Assembly: GCA_016931355.1 (NCBI GenBank)
Contig: JAFGEX010000343.1
Coordinates: 1 to 41,813, forward strand
Origin: a bacterium
GTDB taxonomy: Bacteria; Zhuqueibacterota; QNDG01; JABMRT01
Direction of reading: 5' to 3'
DNA: 41,813 nucleotides
Under the pieces are notes generated by a model, which saw only the letters and a list, made by a program, of their open reading frames with translations, was not told where the DNA came from and did no database searches. Both the position numbers and the translations under genes were made by a program. Shown piece after piece: positions 18,489-28,291 of this stretch. Position 1 is the first letter of the stretch. Every line of letters begins with the position of its first letter.

Positions 18489-18740
18489 GGTCCATCCTCC
18501 TGAAATCCAGGGCCAAATTCCCTGCAATCACGCCGGCTATCCGGTGTTTCTCATCCGTGCAGGACGGATAGAGAGCTGAAACCGCCGGGCCGGGTTGCCC
18601 TGATCGCATAATCTTTGCTTCCTGTGCGGAGATAACCTCTGAGGTGTCAGGGAAAAGGGCACTCCGGAGAAGCGTATTCGGCAGAAATTTTTTTTCGATT
18701 GTGTTCAGAGTTGTCACTGTTGAGCTCTAATATTATTTGA

Positions 18741-18768
18741 ATTAAAATAAATCCATCGTCAATGTCAA
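18741..18768 (-). promoter_or_regulatory. Possible sigma70 promoter towards the AAA ATPase
   Basis: Minus strand TTGACA, 16 bp spacer, TTTAAT in an AT-rich patch. Confidence 0.35.
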
Positions 18769-18779
18769 GGCTGATTTTC

Positions 18780-19186
18780 TGATGCTCCAATCCCGGGGTG
18801 GGCCCCGGGGATCCGCTTGAAAACAAATCATGGATCCCGGGTTTTGATGCTTTCTGGTACTTTATGCATGGAGGAATCCTGTCTGGTGCACCGAATCACA
18901 GTTTTCCCGGGCACCCGGGATGACATTTCCTGGGATTCTTCAACCCCGGGGTTGACCCGGGAGATCGGGGTTGCACTCAGGAATCTTCGGGTGGATTCCC
19001 GATAAAAGATTTCTGGAATGACAGCAGGGTGATGCTCCCACCCCGGGGTGGACCCCGGGGTCTGTTCGACTCTGGATCCCGGATTTTGAGGTTCGCAGTC
19101 TCCTGGGGCATCAATGAATCATGACCGGAGCACAGAATCCACAAATCCGGCAGACCCGGGATGATTCTCCAACCCCGGGGTGCATC
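18780..19186. repeat. Degenerate direct duplication rich in ACCCCGGGGT palindromes
   Basis: GATGCTCC..CCCGGGGTGG.CCCCGGGG at 18781 and 19031; GATTCT.CAACCCCGGGGT at about 18934 and 19163; perfect palindromes at 18940-18955, 19038-19051 and 19051-19062. Confidence 0.75.
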
Positions 19187-19212
19187 TTCCAATTGATTTT
19201 CAAAAAAAAGTC

Positions 19213-19241
19213 TTGCAAATAACAGAAAATTTTTTTAAGAT
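19213..19241 (+). promoter_or_regulatory. sigma70 promoter of the TonB locus
   Basis: TTGCAA (19213-18), 17 bp spacer, TAAGAT (19236-41). Confidence 0.65.
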
Positions 19242-19253
19242 TGATTCACACAT

Positions 19254-19279
19254 CTTAAACGTTTTCGCTAACGATTAAG
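19254..19279. promoter_or_regulatory. Putative LacI-family operator(s)
   Basis: CTTAAACGTTTTCG and overlapping CGCTAACGATTAAG between the -10 box and the RBS; AAACGTTT is a LacI-type core. Confidence 0.5.
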
Positions 19280-19290
19280 GAGGACGGGAA

Positions 19291-19959
19291 ATGCCCCTTA
19301 AACGTTTGATTATTGGATTATTAGTCTGTATCCTGATCCCTGTTGAGTCATTCGGAAAATCCTGGACCTTCATTACAGGTGGCAGCTATGCGCAGAAATT
19401 TGGAGCGCAGAGCCAATACTGGAATGCAGGATTCAGCGCCGGCATATCCGGATTTCACCGTTTTTCCGATATCTGGTCCGCGGGACTGCGGCTGGGTTAC
19501 TGCCGCTGGACCCCGGACGGCTACAGGATGATGGACCTCGCCCCGCCGATACGCATGAAGGCCATTTACACGGTGCGCGTGGACGGAGTCGATTCCCTGG
19601 ATTATGACAATCTCTATCTGTTCGACAGCAAGTCCGGCGGTACAACGGTGCTGGAATTCGTTCCATCCGTCCGGTTCAAGGCGCTGAAGGATGCGGGCGA
19701 AACGCTGGCGCTGTCCGGGCAGGTTGGAGCCGGGCTTTTTATGATCCGCTCGGACGCCAGGGCGGTTGGAAGATACGGCCCGAATGTGGCGGAAGTCCGG
19801 CTGGATGAGGTGTCCGAGGTCAAACCGGGGATTCAACTGGGAATTTCCCTCGTGGTCAGGAAGCAGCTCGAATTCATGCCTCTGTGGACCTTTGTCTTCA
19901 CAGAATCGAATAGAAGATCCTATTTTCTGATGAACCTCGGATTCCTGTTTGAACTGTGA
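19291..19959 (+). CDS. Small outer-membrane beta-barrel protein
   Basis: RBS AAGGAGG, signal peptide, amphipathic strands, C-terminal MNLGFLFEL. Confidence 0.7.
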   Translation: MPLKRLIIGLLVCILIPVESFGKSWTFITGGSYAQKFGAQSQYWNAGFSAGISGFHRFSDIWSAGLRLGYCRWTPDGYRMMDLAPPIRMKAIYTVRVDGVDSLDYDNLYLFDSKSGGTTVLEFVPSVRFKALKDAGETLALSGQVGAGLFMIRSDARAVGRYGPNVAEVRLDEVSEVKPGIQLGISLVVRKQLEFMPLWTFVFTESNRRSYFLMNLGFLFEL

Positions 19960-20032
19960 TCCCGGCGCGGTCCGCTGCCGCGGCTTCCGCAGCAGCGCTT
20001 CAACCCGTTGGATGATTGGGAGACAAAAAGCC

Positions 20033-23000
20033 ATGAGTCGTTTCATCAATCGGATCGCAATGAGATGGGCCGTACTTCTGTTGGCCGCATGCCCGCTGTG
20101 GGCTCCCCGTTCGTTCTGCGCTACAACCGGCAAGATAGCCGGCCGGGTGACGGACGCCCAGACCGGGGATCCCCTGTCCGGGGCGAATGTGCTGGTTGTG
20201 GGGACAGCCCTGGGTGCGGCCTGCGACGGGGACGGGCGCTATTTCATCATCAATGTTCCGCCCGGCGTTTACGATATCCGCGTGAGCATGATGGGGTATG
20301 CGACCCTGACGAAAACCGGTGTCGAAGTGATGGTCAACCGGACCCAGGACATCCACTTCAACCTCAATCCCGCTGTGCTGGAGGGGCAGGAAGTGATTGT
20401 CGTGGCCGAGCGTCCGCTGGTGGAAATGGACGTGACCGGCAGCGAGATGGTGGTCAACGCCGCGGCCCTGGCGCGCACCCCCATCACGGAGATGGAGGAC
20501 GTGGTCCGGCAGCAGAGGGGCATTTTTTACACCGGGACGGTCACCTACATCCGGGGCGGCATCGGGAGCGAGGTTGCCTACAACATGGACGGCAATTCCA
20601 TGACCGGAGGCGTCCTGAGTGACAGCTGGAAGGGCATCAACACCACGGCCATACAGGAAGTATCCGTGATGACCGGAGGCTACAACGCGGAGTACGGAAA
20701 CGCCATGTCCGGCGTGGTCAATGTGGTGACCAAGGAGGCCAGGAGCGACCGGATCAACCTCAGCGGGACGCTCAAGTACAGGTACAGGCCGGCCGGCCAG
20801 TACCATTGGGGCCGGAACATGTTCGATCAAACGCTGAAAAAATACACGGATTTCGACCTGGCCTACTGGGAGAGCACGCTCGCGAAAAGGCCGGAAATGG
20901 GCGCCAACTATTTCAGGAGCTACTACGGCTGGCCGGAGGGCCGTACGCCGACCGTGGAGGAAGTGCATCAGGCCTTCCTGCATCAGGCGGACGGCAACAA
21001 AATACTGACGGATTACGTCAACCGGCCTGACCAGGAAGTGGAGGGAACCTTTTTCGGCTCTTTCGCCAGGAACACGAATTTCCTCCTTTCCGGAAATTAC
21101 AAGAAGGCCGTTTCGATCTATCCGACCCTCGAACCCTATCAGCCGGAATACAACGTGCAGGCCAAGTTCAACTGGCTCATATCCCCCAGCATCAAGCTGT
21201 CCTACAACCTGGTCAGCGGCTGGTACAAGAACTCGGCGTTCCGGCCGGACAACACGGCTACCAGCAGGGAGATGGGAACGGCCGGCGGCGGGGCTGTGCC
21301 GAACTGGATGCTCGATCCCTACATGGGGGGCGGTTACTGGTCCATGTGGGGCTCCACGTACGGCAGGGGCACGACCCGGTACAACATCGGCGTGCACACC
21401 TTGAAGTGGCAGCACACGCTGAGCCCTTCCACTTTTTACACCCTGAACCTGAATGTTTACCGGGACAGGATGTATATCATTCCGGACTATTCGCACGAGC
21501 GGCTTCCGGCTGCCAAGATCGACGAAAGCTGGGGCTGGCAGTCCCTCAACAACGCATTCAGCCTCGGCGGCGGGAGCCCCTATCCGTCCAATGTCCTGCG
21601 CTCCCAAAGCCTGTCTTTCGGCGGAGACCTCACCAGCCAGTTGCACAGGGCCCATCAGATCAAGAGCGGCGCGGTTCTCAAGCTGAACGACATGGATTAT
21701 GAGAGCATCGACGTGGCCCATTCCGGGATAGACAACTGCATTGTCACGACCAACATCTGGAAGGGGAGCCCGCTGGAAACGGCGTTCTACCTGCAGGACA
21801 AGATCGAATATTCCGGAATCACGCTGAACCTGGGCGTCCGCGTGGACGGATTCGACACGCGGCGGAAATTCCCGGAAAACCCGGTTTTCGATCCTCTCGG
21901 ACAGACCGCCGCATCGGGCTCGGACGGCCAGATGCCCACCAACAGCGCGGACCTGTGGTTCCTGAACCGCGATCTTCCGGATTACGCCCATTTTTACACG
22001 TATGACTCGCTCATGGCCGGCCTGGACCAGGCGGGCCTTTCCCGGGACGCCTGGATCCCCTCCATGCTGAGGGACCGCAACACGCTTTCCTCTGAATGGA
22101 AATGGGCGATTGCTCCCCGGATCGGAGTGTCCTTCCCGGTCACAGCCAGCTCGAAGATCCGGTTCAGCTACGGGCATTTCTATCAGAGGCCTGCCTGGAC
22201 CAAATTCTACGGCGCGCCGTTCCAGTTCACGCTTCCCTACAATAAAAAGACGCCGGATCCCCTGGCGGACGCGGCCGTGATTTTCCAGACGATTCATCCC
22301 GTGGGGGGCATGTACTGGGGCCAGCCTGGACTCACCTTTGAGAAGGCCATCCAATATGAATTCGGGTACGACCAGGATATTTTCGATGTCGTGCGACTCA
22401 ATTTGACCGCCTATTACAAGGACCAGACCCGCCTGACCCGGTTTTCGAACCGGCCCCTGCTGGATTACGGACAGGCGCATCAATTCGCTGCAGGCGGGGG
22501 CATCTCCCAGACCGGATTCGCGGGTGAGGACATCGCCATGGAGGTTGTGCCGGATCTCCAGAGGATGGGAAGCGGTTATGTGTACCTGTTCGCCAACGAC
22601 ATGTACAAGGATACGCGCGGCCTGGAATTAAACGTGGAGCGTCTTTTCAACAACCGCTGGTCCGCCTCCGTGACCTTCGACTACGGGTTGAGCTCCGGCG
22701 CCAAGTACGGATTCCAGTCCCTGAGCGCAAATCCGGAGGTCCAGTCCCTCATGGCGTTCGCGAACCAGGACGGCGAAACCAAGCTTCGCTGGCTCAGCAG
22801 TTACAAGCTCAAGGCCAATTTCAGCCTGGTCACGCCGAAAAAATTCCTGATCGCAATGGGGGACCTTTCCCTGGGATTGTACTACGAGTATTTCGCCGGA
22901 GACCAGTATACCTATTATGCAGTCGATTATACGGGCGTCCGGTATCCGGACAACAGGCGCTGGTACCCCCATCAGCGGACGGATCTGAAGATCAGCAAAC

Positions 23001-23224
23001 GGATCAAGTTCCGGGACATGAACACGGTATTGGGAGTCGACGTGATCAATTTGTTCAACAACTACGACCGTTATCTGCTCTCCGGCCAGGATCTGCAGAA
23101 CTGGGAGGAACAGGAGCAGATCCCCCTGCTCACACAAAGCGGGGAACCGCATGTCTGGCATTTTTACAGTTCCCTGTCCAATCCCAAACGGATGTTCTAT
23201 TTCACGGTCGCATTGGAATTTTAA
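20033..23224 (+). CDS. TonB-dependent receptor with N-terminal carboxypeptidase-regulatory-like domain
   Basis: TGKIAGRVTDAQTGDPLSGANV; plug motif GGYNAEYGNAMSGVVNVVTK; YLQDKIEY, APRIGVSFP, FSYGHFYQ; terminal F. Confidence 0.92.
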   Translation: MSRFINRIAMRWAVLLLAACPLWAPRSFCATTGKIAGRVTDAQTGDPLSGANVLVVGTALGAACDGDGRYFIINVPPGVYDIRVSMMGYATLTKTGVEVMVNRTQDIHFNLNPAVLEGQEVIVVAERPLVEMDVTGSEMVVNAAALARTPITEMEDVVRQQRGIFYTGTVTYIRGGIGSEVAYNMDGNSMTGGVLSDSWKGINTTAIQEVSVMTGGYNAEYGNAMSGVVNVVTKEARSDRINLSGTLKYRYRPAGQYHWGRNMFDQTLKKYTDFDLAYWESTLAKRPEMGANYFRSYYGWPEGRTPTVEEVHQAFLHQADGNKILTDYVNRPDQEVEGTFFGSFARNTNFLLSGNYKKAVSIYPTLEPYQPEYNVQAKFNWLISPSIKLSYNLVSGWYKNSAFRPDNTATSREMGTAGGGAVPNWMLDPYMGGGYWSMWGSTYGRGTTRYNIGVHTLKWQHTLSPSTFYTLNLNVYRDRMYIIPDYSHERLPAAKIDESWGWQSLNNAFSLGGGSPYPSNVLRSQSLSFGGDLTSQLHRAHQIKSGAVLKLNDMDYESIDVAHSGIDNCIVTTNIWKGSPLETAFYLQDKIEYSGITLNLGVRVDGFDTRRKFPENPVFDPLGQTAASGSDGQMPTNSADLWFLNRDLPDYAHFYTYDSLMAGLDQAGLSRDAWIPSMLRDRNTLSSEWKWAIAPRIGVSFPVTASSKIRFSYGHFYQRPAWTKFYGAPFQFTLPYNKKTPDPLADAAVIFQTIHPVGGMYWGQPGLTFEKAIQYEFGYDQDIFDVVRLNLTAYYKDQTRLTRFSNRPLLDYGQAHQFAAGGGISQTGFAGEDIAMEVVPDLQRMGSGYVYLFANDMYKDTRGLELNVERLFNNRWSASVTFDYGLSSGAKYGFQSLSANPEVQSLMAFANQDGETKLRWLSSYKLKANFSLVTPKKFLIAMGDLSLGLYYEYFAGDQYTYYAVDYTGVRYPDNRRWYPHQRTDLKISKRIKFRDMNTVLGVDVINLFNNYDRYLLSGQDLQNWEEQEQIPLLTQSGEPHVWHFYSSLSNPKRMFYFTVALEF

Positions 23225-23396
23225 CGCCGGATCGCCGCCGGTGATGCGGATTTGGGAGGCCTTGGTCCTTGAGGGAAAAGGGATAATGGCAGGCATATTC
23301 TGGAATCCGGCGCGCTTGGTTTCGGGCCGAACGGCATGTTCGAGCATTTTGACCAAACTGCAGGCCCAGCCTCAGGCAGAAAGCAAGGAGAGGTCC

Positions 23397-25541
23397 ATGA
23401 CGGATTTTAATTCCAAAAGACGACGGATCAGCGGAATCCTGCTGGTTATGATTGTCATGAGCGGATTCCACGCCTATTCCCAAACCCAGTTCCAGACGTT
23501 CGTACGTCTGAACCGGGGCCGGATGTGGTACGATCTCTTCAGCTACGGCGGTCACGGCGACCGGCTGCCCAATGACCGGTATTCCAGGCTGGACTATCCC
23601 GGATGCGCCTTTACGGCTGCGCGCCAGGTTTACAATCCCCTGATTCCCGAATACCCGGGGATGGACGGCTACATGTTCGCAGGGGAGGTCAACGACAGCC
23701 TGGTGCTGTACCGGATTCCCTTCAGGTCCGAATGGTTCAGGCCCCATGAAATTCTGGAGAAGAAAAAGGTGACGCTCAAGAACAATCTCAATCTTTCCAA
23801 GGAAGGGCCTGAACAGTCCGCGTCCGGAAGCGTTTTCCTGGTGTACTACGGCCTCGAAATGAGCTGGACCGCCATGGTCTGGAGCGCGGAGAAGTACGAC
23901 GATTTCATCATCTGGGAATACACCTTCTCCAATCCGGACACAGGCGCCTCAATCACCGGTTTCCGCTTCGCCCGCGCCTGCGAGATCAGCATCGGGTGCA
24001 ACACCGTGGACAACGCCTCCAGGCGCAGCAATACGGAAGACGATTACTTCGAGTGGGATCCGGCCCGGCAGCTCTTCTATTTCCGCGACGGCATCCAGCT
24101 CGATCCGTCCACGAACCAGCCCGTGGAACAGCCCTACGGATGGACCGGAAACGACCAGGGCGAGCCGTCGGATTACGAACACCCCGCTTCCATCACGCAT
24201 GATTTCAAGGCACCGCAGTATCTGACGTTCGCCTGGCTCTCACGGTCCAAGGAACCGGGCGAGCCCGATCACATGAACTGCACGGCCCGGTGGTTCTGGC
24301 CCCAGCCGCCCAACGAGGATGAAGGGACCTTCTGGTGGTTTCAGAGCGGGACGGACGACCCGTACATGCTGTCTCTGACCTATGACGAGCACCCGCCCCT
24401 GATCCGCGAGGAGGGGACGCCGATGCCAGCGGATTCCGTGCGGAACACGCCCCGGGCGAGGCGTTTTATCGACTGCTACCCCCTGTACATTTTCGAAACC
24501 GGGCCCTATGACATTGCCCCTGGAGAGAAGCTGAAGCTTGTCCTGGCCACGGTCGGCGGGCACATGGAATGGGAACGCGTGGCCAACTTGGTGAACAATG
24601 AGGATGACGCGCAGGAAAACGCCCGGCATCTGATAGACGGCAGGGCGCATCTGTTCGCGAACCTCGATGCGGCCAGGGAGCTGATGCAGAACCAGTACAG
24701 CTGTCCCTGCCCGCCGCCGACTCCGACTGCCATGGACAAGACCTACGATCTCAAAAAACCGGAAACAGTGGGCAACAATTCCCTGCTGGTCACGCCCCTG
24801 GTGAATGCGTGCAAGGTCCAGTGGTACCCCATCCCGACAGGGTACAAGGACAGGGATTACGCGATCAACGACGTGGCCGGCTACCGGATATACCGGTCCA
24901 GGTTTGATTGCTTCGGACCCTGGGAGCGCGTTCTGGAGATACCGGCCGATTCCGCGGACGCTTATCTGGATGCGGCAGAGGGGATGGAATCCGATTCGAT
25001 GATGACCTTTGTGGACGCGGATCTGGATCCCTCCAGGCCCCTCCATTACGTGGTCACGGCTTTTGACACGGGGCATGACGCGCCCTGGAAGCTGGACCGG
25101 ACAGGCGTATACGCCACGCTGCCCTCCCTGGAGAGCGCGAAGAACAATTTCAACGTGGTCCCGGTGTTCGCCCTGGGCCCGGCGGACAACGAAAATTTCC
25201 GGAACACGCTCCGCGTCTATCCGAATCCTTTCAAGCTGCACAGCCAGATACCCAACGAGCAATGGAAGCTGGATTTCGTGAATGTCCCCTCCCAATGCAC
25301 GATACGGATCTACACCCTGGCCGGGGACCTGGTCAATGTGCTGGAGCACAATGAAATTTCAGGCGTGCACGAATGGGCCAGCACCCATCATGCCGAGCTC
25401 GGCGTGCTGGTCGCCAAGGGACAGATGCTCAACCGGAACTGGCAGCGCGTGGTCCCTGGCATCTACATCTTCCATGTGGAGTCCCATGCGCCGGGGCACG
25501 AGGGAGAGAGCAAGATCGGAAAATTCGTGGTGATTCGTTAG
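23397..25541 (+). CDS. Secreted protein with Fn3-like segment and T9SS type-A/FlgD-like C-terminal domain
   Basis: Start after AAGGAG; signal peptide; GYRIYRS...YVVTAFD; C-terminus RVYPNPF...CTIRIYTLAGDLV...W...PGIYIFHV...GKFVVIR. Confidence 0.78.
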   Translation: MTDFNSKRRRISGILLVMIVMSGFHAYSQTQFQTFVRLNRGRMWYDLFSYGGHGDRLPNDRYSRLDYPGCAFTAARQVYNPLIPEYPGMDGYMFAGEVNDSLVLYRIPFRSEWFRPHEILEKKKVTLKNNLNLSKEGPEQSASGSVFLVYYGLEMSWTAMVWSAEKYDDFIIWEYTFSNPDTGASITGFRFARACEISIGCNTVDNASRRSNTEDDYFEWDPARQLFYFRDGIQLDPSTNQPVEQPYGWTGNDQGEPSDYEHPASITHDFKAPQYLTFAWLSRSKEPGEPDHMNCTARWFWPQPPNEDEGTFWWFQSGTDDPYMLSLTYDEHPPLIREEGTPMPADSVRNTPRARRFIDCYPLYIFETGPYDIAPGEKLKLVLATVGGHMEWERVANLVNNEDDAQENARHLIDGRAHLFANLDAARELMQNQYSCPCPPPTPTAMDKTYDLKKPETVGNNSLLVTPLVNACKVQWYPIPTGYKDRDYAINDVAGYRIYRSRFDCFGPWERVLEIPADSADAYLDAAEGMESDSMMTFVDADLDPSRPLHYVVTAFDTGHDAPWKLDRTGVYATLPSLESAKNNFNVVPVFALGPADNENFRNTLRVYPNPFKLHSQIPNEQWKLDFVNVPSQCTIRIYTLAGDLVNVLEHNEISGVHEWASTHHAELGVLVAKGQMLNRNWQRVVPGIYIFHVESHAPGHEGESKIGKFVVIR

Positions 25542-25555
25542 AGGAGAGCGGAAGC

Positions 25556-26572
25556 ATGACCCCCAAAATGCTTGTGCAGGCCGCGATGGCCGTCTGGATC
25601 GGAATCGCGGCGGGACACGCCCAGAACAGTAATTATGATTTCTCCCGGCTGGACCCGGTTTCTTTTTCCAGGGCGGGCTTGAGCGGGTGGCAGTTTCTCC
25701 ACCTCCCCGCGTCCGCGCGCAGCGCGGCCCTGGCAAACATCAAATGCGGCATGCTGGACAGCGACGCATCCGCTGTGTTTACGAATCCTTCGCGGCTGAC
25801 GGAAATCCGCAGCATCAGCGCCTCATTCACCCGGATCCGGTACATCGCGGACATCGGGTACATGACCGCTTCCGTGGCCAAAAATTTCGGGGCATGGGGG
25901 GTTTTCGGGATCTCCTTCGCCGGGCTGGACGCAGGGGAAATGATCCGGACCGAAAACCTTGTTTCAGGCGGCCGGAGCGGGGATCTGGGTACTTTCACGG
26001 CCGGGGACATCCTGCTGGGTGTCACCTATGCACGCCGCGTGACGGACCGGCTTTCCATCGGCGGGAACATCAACTATATCGAGGAGAATCTGGACGATGT
26101 GAAGGCCAGGAACTGGGATCTGGATTTCGGAGTAAGTTTTCAGACAGGCTTTCGCGGACTGCGCTTCGACCTCCTCACACGGAATTTCGGTCCGGACGTC
26201 CGTTTCGTGGGATTCACGGAGCAGTACCAGAACCCCGCGGACGTGCGCATGCCGCTGGATTTTTTCATGGGGATCGGAATGGATTTGGCGGGTGGCGGGG
26301 ATGCTGACAAACATACGCTGACTGGGTACCTGGAGGCCGGCCATCCGAACGACACGCCGGAAAGGCTGCATGCGGCCATGGAATACCGGTTTCGTGAATT
26401 TTTCAGCCTGCGGGGCGGATACAAATTCTTCTATGACGAGGCCGGCCTGACCCTCGGCTGCGGCCTTCAATATTATATTTCCGGAATCGAAGGAAGAATC
26501 GATTACGCATTCATGGATTACGGCCGCCTGAACTCGGTTCACCTGTTCACCCTCGGATTAAACATTCGATAA
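25556..26572 (+). CDS. PorV/PorQ family outer-membrane barrel
   Basis: G.SGWQFL.LP.SARSAALA, A.AVFTNPS.L, LRGGYKF, DYAF.DYGRL..VHLFTL; RBS GAGGAG. Confidence 0.85.
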   Translation: MTPKMLVQAAMAVWIGIAAGHAQNSNYDFSRLDPVSFSRAGLSGWQFLHLPASARSAALANIKCGMLDSDASAVFTNPSRLTEIRSISASFTRIRYIADIGYMTASVAKNFGAWGVFGISFAGLDAGEMIRTENLVSGGRSGDLGTFTAGDILLGVTYARRVTDRLSIGGNINYIEENLDDVKARNWDLDFGVSFQTGFRGLRFDLLTRNFGPDVRFVGFTEQYQNPADVRMPLDFFMGIGMDLAGGGDADKHTLTGYLEAGHPNDTPERLHAAMEYRFREFFSLRGGYKFFYDEAGLTLGCGLQYYISGIEGRIDYAFMDYGRLNSVHLFTLGLNIR

Positions 26573-26655
26573 TCATCAAAAAATTCCGGAAATTCAGAAA
26601 GAATTTTACGGATATTCAAGGTGACGACTGTTGATTTTTGCATTTCGAAAGATTT

Positions 26656-26807
26656 CGAATCTCTCCTCTGGCCTGTTCCCCGCGATCTGCCGCGCGGGAG
26701 CGGGCGCGAGAACGGTCCGGATCACTGCGACGCATCTTCAAGGCGCGTCGCAGTTCACGAAACTGCGGATCGAAGATTCCCCGCCTTTTGAAGCGGTGAG
26801 CTTCAAT
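26656..26807 (+). repeat. Family-1 repeat, degenerate copy with inserted hairpin
   Basis: Right end GATCGAAGATTCCCCGCC...GAGCTTCAAT; internal stem ACTGCGACGC/GCGTCGCAGT. Confidence 0.7.
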
Positions 26808-26832
26808 CCAATAACGGATTGAAAGGACTTCC

Positions 26833-27846
26833 ATGAGAAGCAAAAAGGTGACTCTCAAAATGATCGCCGAGCAGCTCGGCATGACGCCCGCCACCATTTC
26901 CAAGGCCCTGCGGGACAGCACGGACATATCGGAGGAAACGAAGCGGCGCGTCAAGGAAGTTGCGGACAATCTGGGATATCATCCCAATCTCATGGCGCGC
27001 AGCCTGGTTCAGAGGAGAAGCTATCTGCTCGGCGTGATGGTGCCCGATCTGCGCATTTCCTTTTTTTCGGAAGCGGTCCGGGGCATTTACGAAAGAGCCC
27101 GCGAAAAAGGATACGAGGCCATTATTGTGGTCAACGACGAGGATCTCGAGAACGAGGAGCGGAACCTCAAATTCCTGGCCGCCCTGCCCGTGGACGGGAT
27201 CCTCATCAATGCAGTCCCTGCCACGACCAACTGCAGGCTCATGCAGCGCATGCGGGACCAGGGCATCCCGTTCGTGAGCTGGGACAGGACCATCGACGGA
27301 TTCGATACGAGCTCTGTGACCATAGACGACGAGGCTGCAGCTTTTGAAGTCATGGAATATTTTGTGAAAAACGGCCGAAGGGACATCCTGTTCCTGGGAC
27401 CCACGGACCACCCTTCAGTCGTACGCGGCAGATACAACGGCTTCTGCAAAGGCAGGAACCTATTCGGCATCCCGGAAAGAGCGGACCGCGTCGCGACCTG
27501 CAAAATTGATTATGAGGCTGCCCGGGACACGATGCAGCGCGTTCTGGAGTCGGGCATCCGGCCGGATGCCGTGCTCTGCGTCGGCGGCCTGATCGCCCAC
27601 GGAGCGGGCAGGGCCATTCTGGACGCCGGGCTCAGGATACCGCAGGACATCCTGCTGGCGGAGTTCGGGGACAACGACGTGGTGGCCAGGCTCGGGGTAC
27701 CCTTCGTCACCATCCATCAATTCCCGCTCGAAATCGGACGCAGGGCAGTGGACATCCTGCTCGAGGAGATTGATCTCAAGCCGCGGCCGCATGCGTATCA
27801 TCATGAGATCATCCCGGCAAAACTGCTGGAGCGAACCCTGGGCTGA
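26833..27846 (+). CDS. LacI family transcriptional regulator
   Basis: VTLKMIAEQLGMTPATISKAL HTH, GYHPN..ARSL, sugar-binding domain. Confidence 0.95.
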   Translation: MRSKKVTLKMIAEQLGMTPATISKALRDSTDISEETKRRVKEVADNLGYHPNLMARSLVQRRSYLLGVMVPDLRISFFSEAVRGIYERAREKGYEAIIVVNDEDLENEERNLKFLAALPVDGILINAVPATTNCRLMQRMRDQGIPFVSWDRTIDGFDTSSVTIDDEAAAFEVMEYFVKNGRRDILFLGPTDHPSVVRGRYNGFCKGRNLFGIPERADRVATCKIDYEAARDTMQRVLESGIRPDAVLCVGGLIAHGAGRAILDAGLRIPQDILLAEFGDNDVVARLGVPFVTIHQFPLEIGRRAVDILLEEIDLKPRPHAYHHEIIPAKLLERTLG

Positions 27847-27877
27847 CCGGGGCGCACCGTTTCTTTCCTTCCCGATT

Positions 27878-28021
27878 TTGAAATCCGGCGGCGGGCCCTT
27901 TCCCCGGGGCTTTCCGCTGGGCTTGCCCCGGGCCTTGTCCCGCGGCAAGCGGGCGAATGCGAACAGCCATTTTTCCTGAAGATCAAAAATTCTCCGGAAG
28001 CCGGCTTCCGGGGGGCTTCAA
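27878..28021 (+). repeat. Family-1 repeat, degenerate copy
   Basis: TTGAAATCC...GGGCTTGCCCC...AAGCGGGCGAAT...GATCAAAAATTCTCCGG...GGGGCTTCAA. Confidence 0.65.
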
Positions 28022-28155
28022 AAACACCTTCACTCTTCTTCTGTACTACGAAAACGCGGGGATACTTCTTTCCCTCCCAAATGGAGGCCGTTGCGATTTT
28101 CCTTGCGGAATTGACTGAATTCCATTATTTTATACTGTTTTTACGGAGGATGGAC

Positions 28156-28271
28156 CGAATCGGACGGCGCGCGCATTTTCCGCGGCTTGCCGCGGGGCGT
28201 ATAAGCGTCTATTCATGTCTTATCCTTGCAGATCGAAGATTCTTCTCCGGGAGCTGCCGGGGAGATTCAAT
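28156..28271 (+). repeat. Family-1 repeat, full copy just upstream of the MFS gene
   Basis: GAATCGGACGGCGCGCGCATT...CCGCGGCTTGCCGCGG...ATGTCTT...GCAGATCGAAGATTC...GGGGAGATTCAAT. Confidence 0.8.
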
Positions 28272-28291
28272 TATAGGTAGGTAATAGTTAT

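Noticed and set aside
18475-18717. 80-aa ORF upstream of the AAA ATPase as a real gene
   Set aside because: GTG start without a clear RBS and no recognisable motif; not called.
18780-19186. Possible CRISPR array
   Set aside because: Repeats are degenerate and unevenly spaced, the intervening DNA is itself duplicated, and no cas genes are present.
20000-22483. 827-aa antisense ORF and many other long overlapping ORFs
   Set aside because: These are shadow frames of GC-rich genes with no motifs; the opposite strand carries clear families.
23225-23396. Possible very degenerate reverse family-1 copy between the TBDR and CTD genes
   Set aside because: Only GAGGGAAAAG...ATATTC resembles it; too weak without an alignment score.
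28111-28136. TTGACT...TATACT promoter for the MFS gene
   Set aside because: The spacer is only 14 bp; the -10 may be real but the pair is not canonical.
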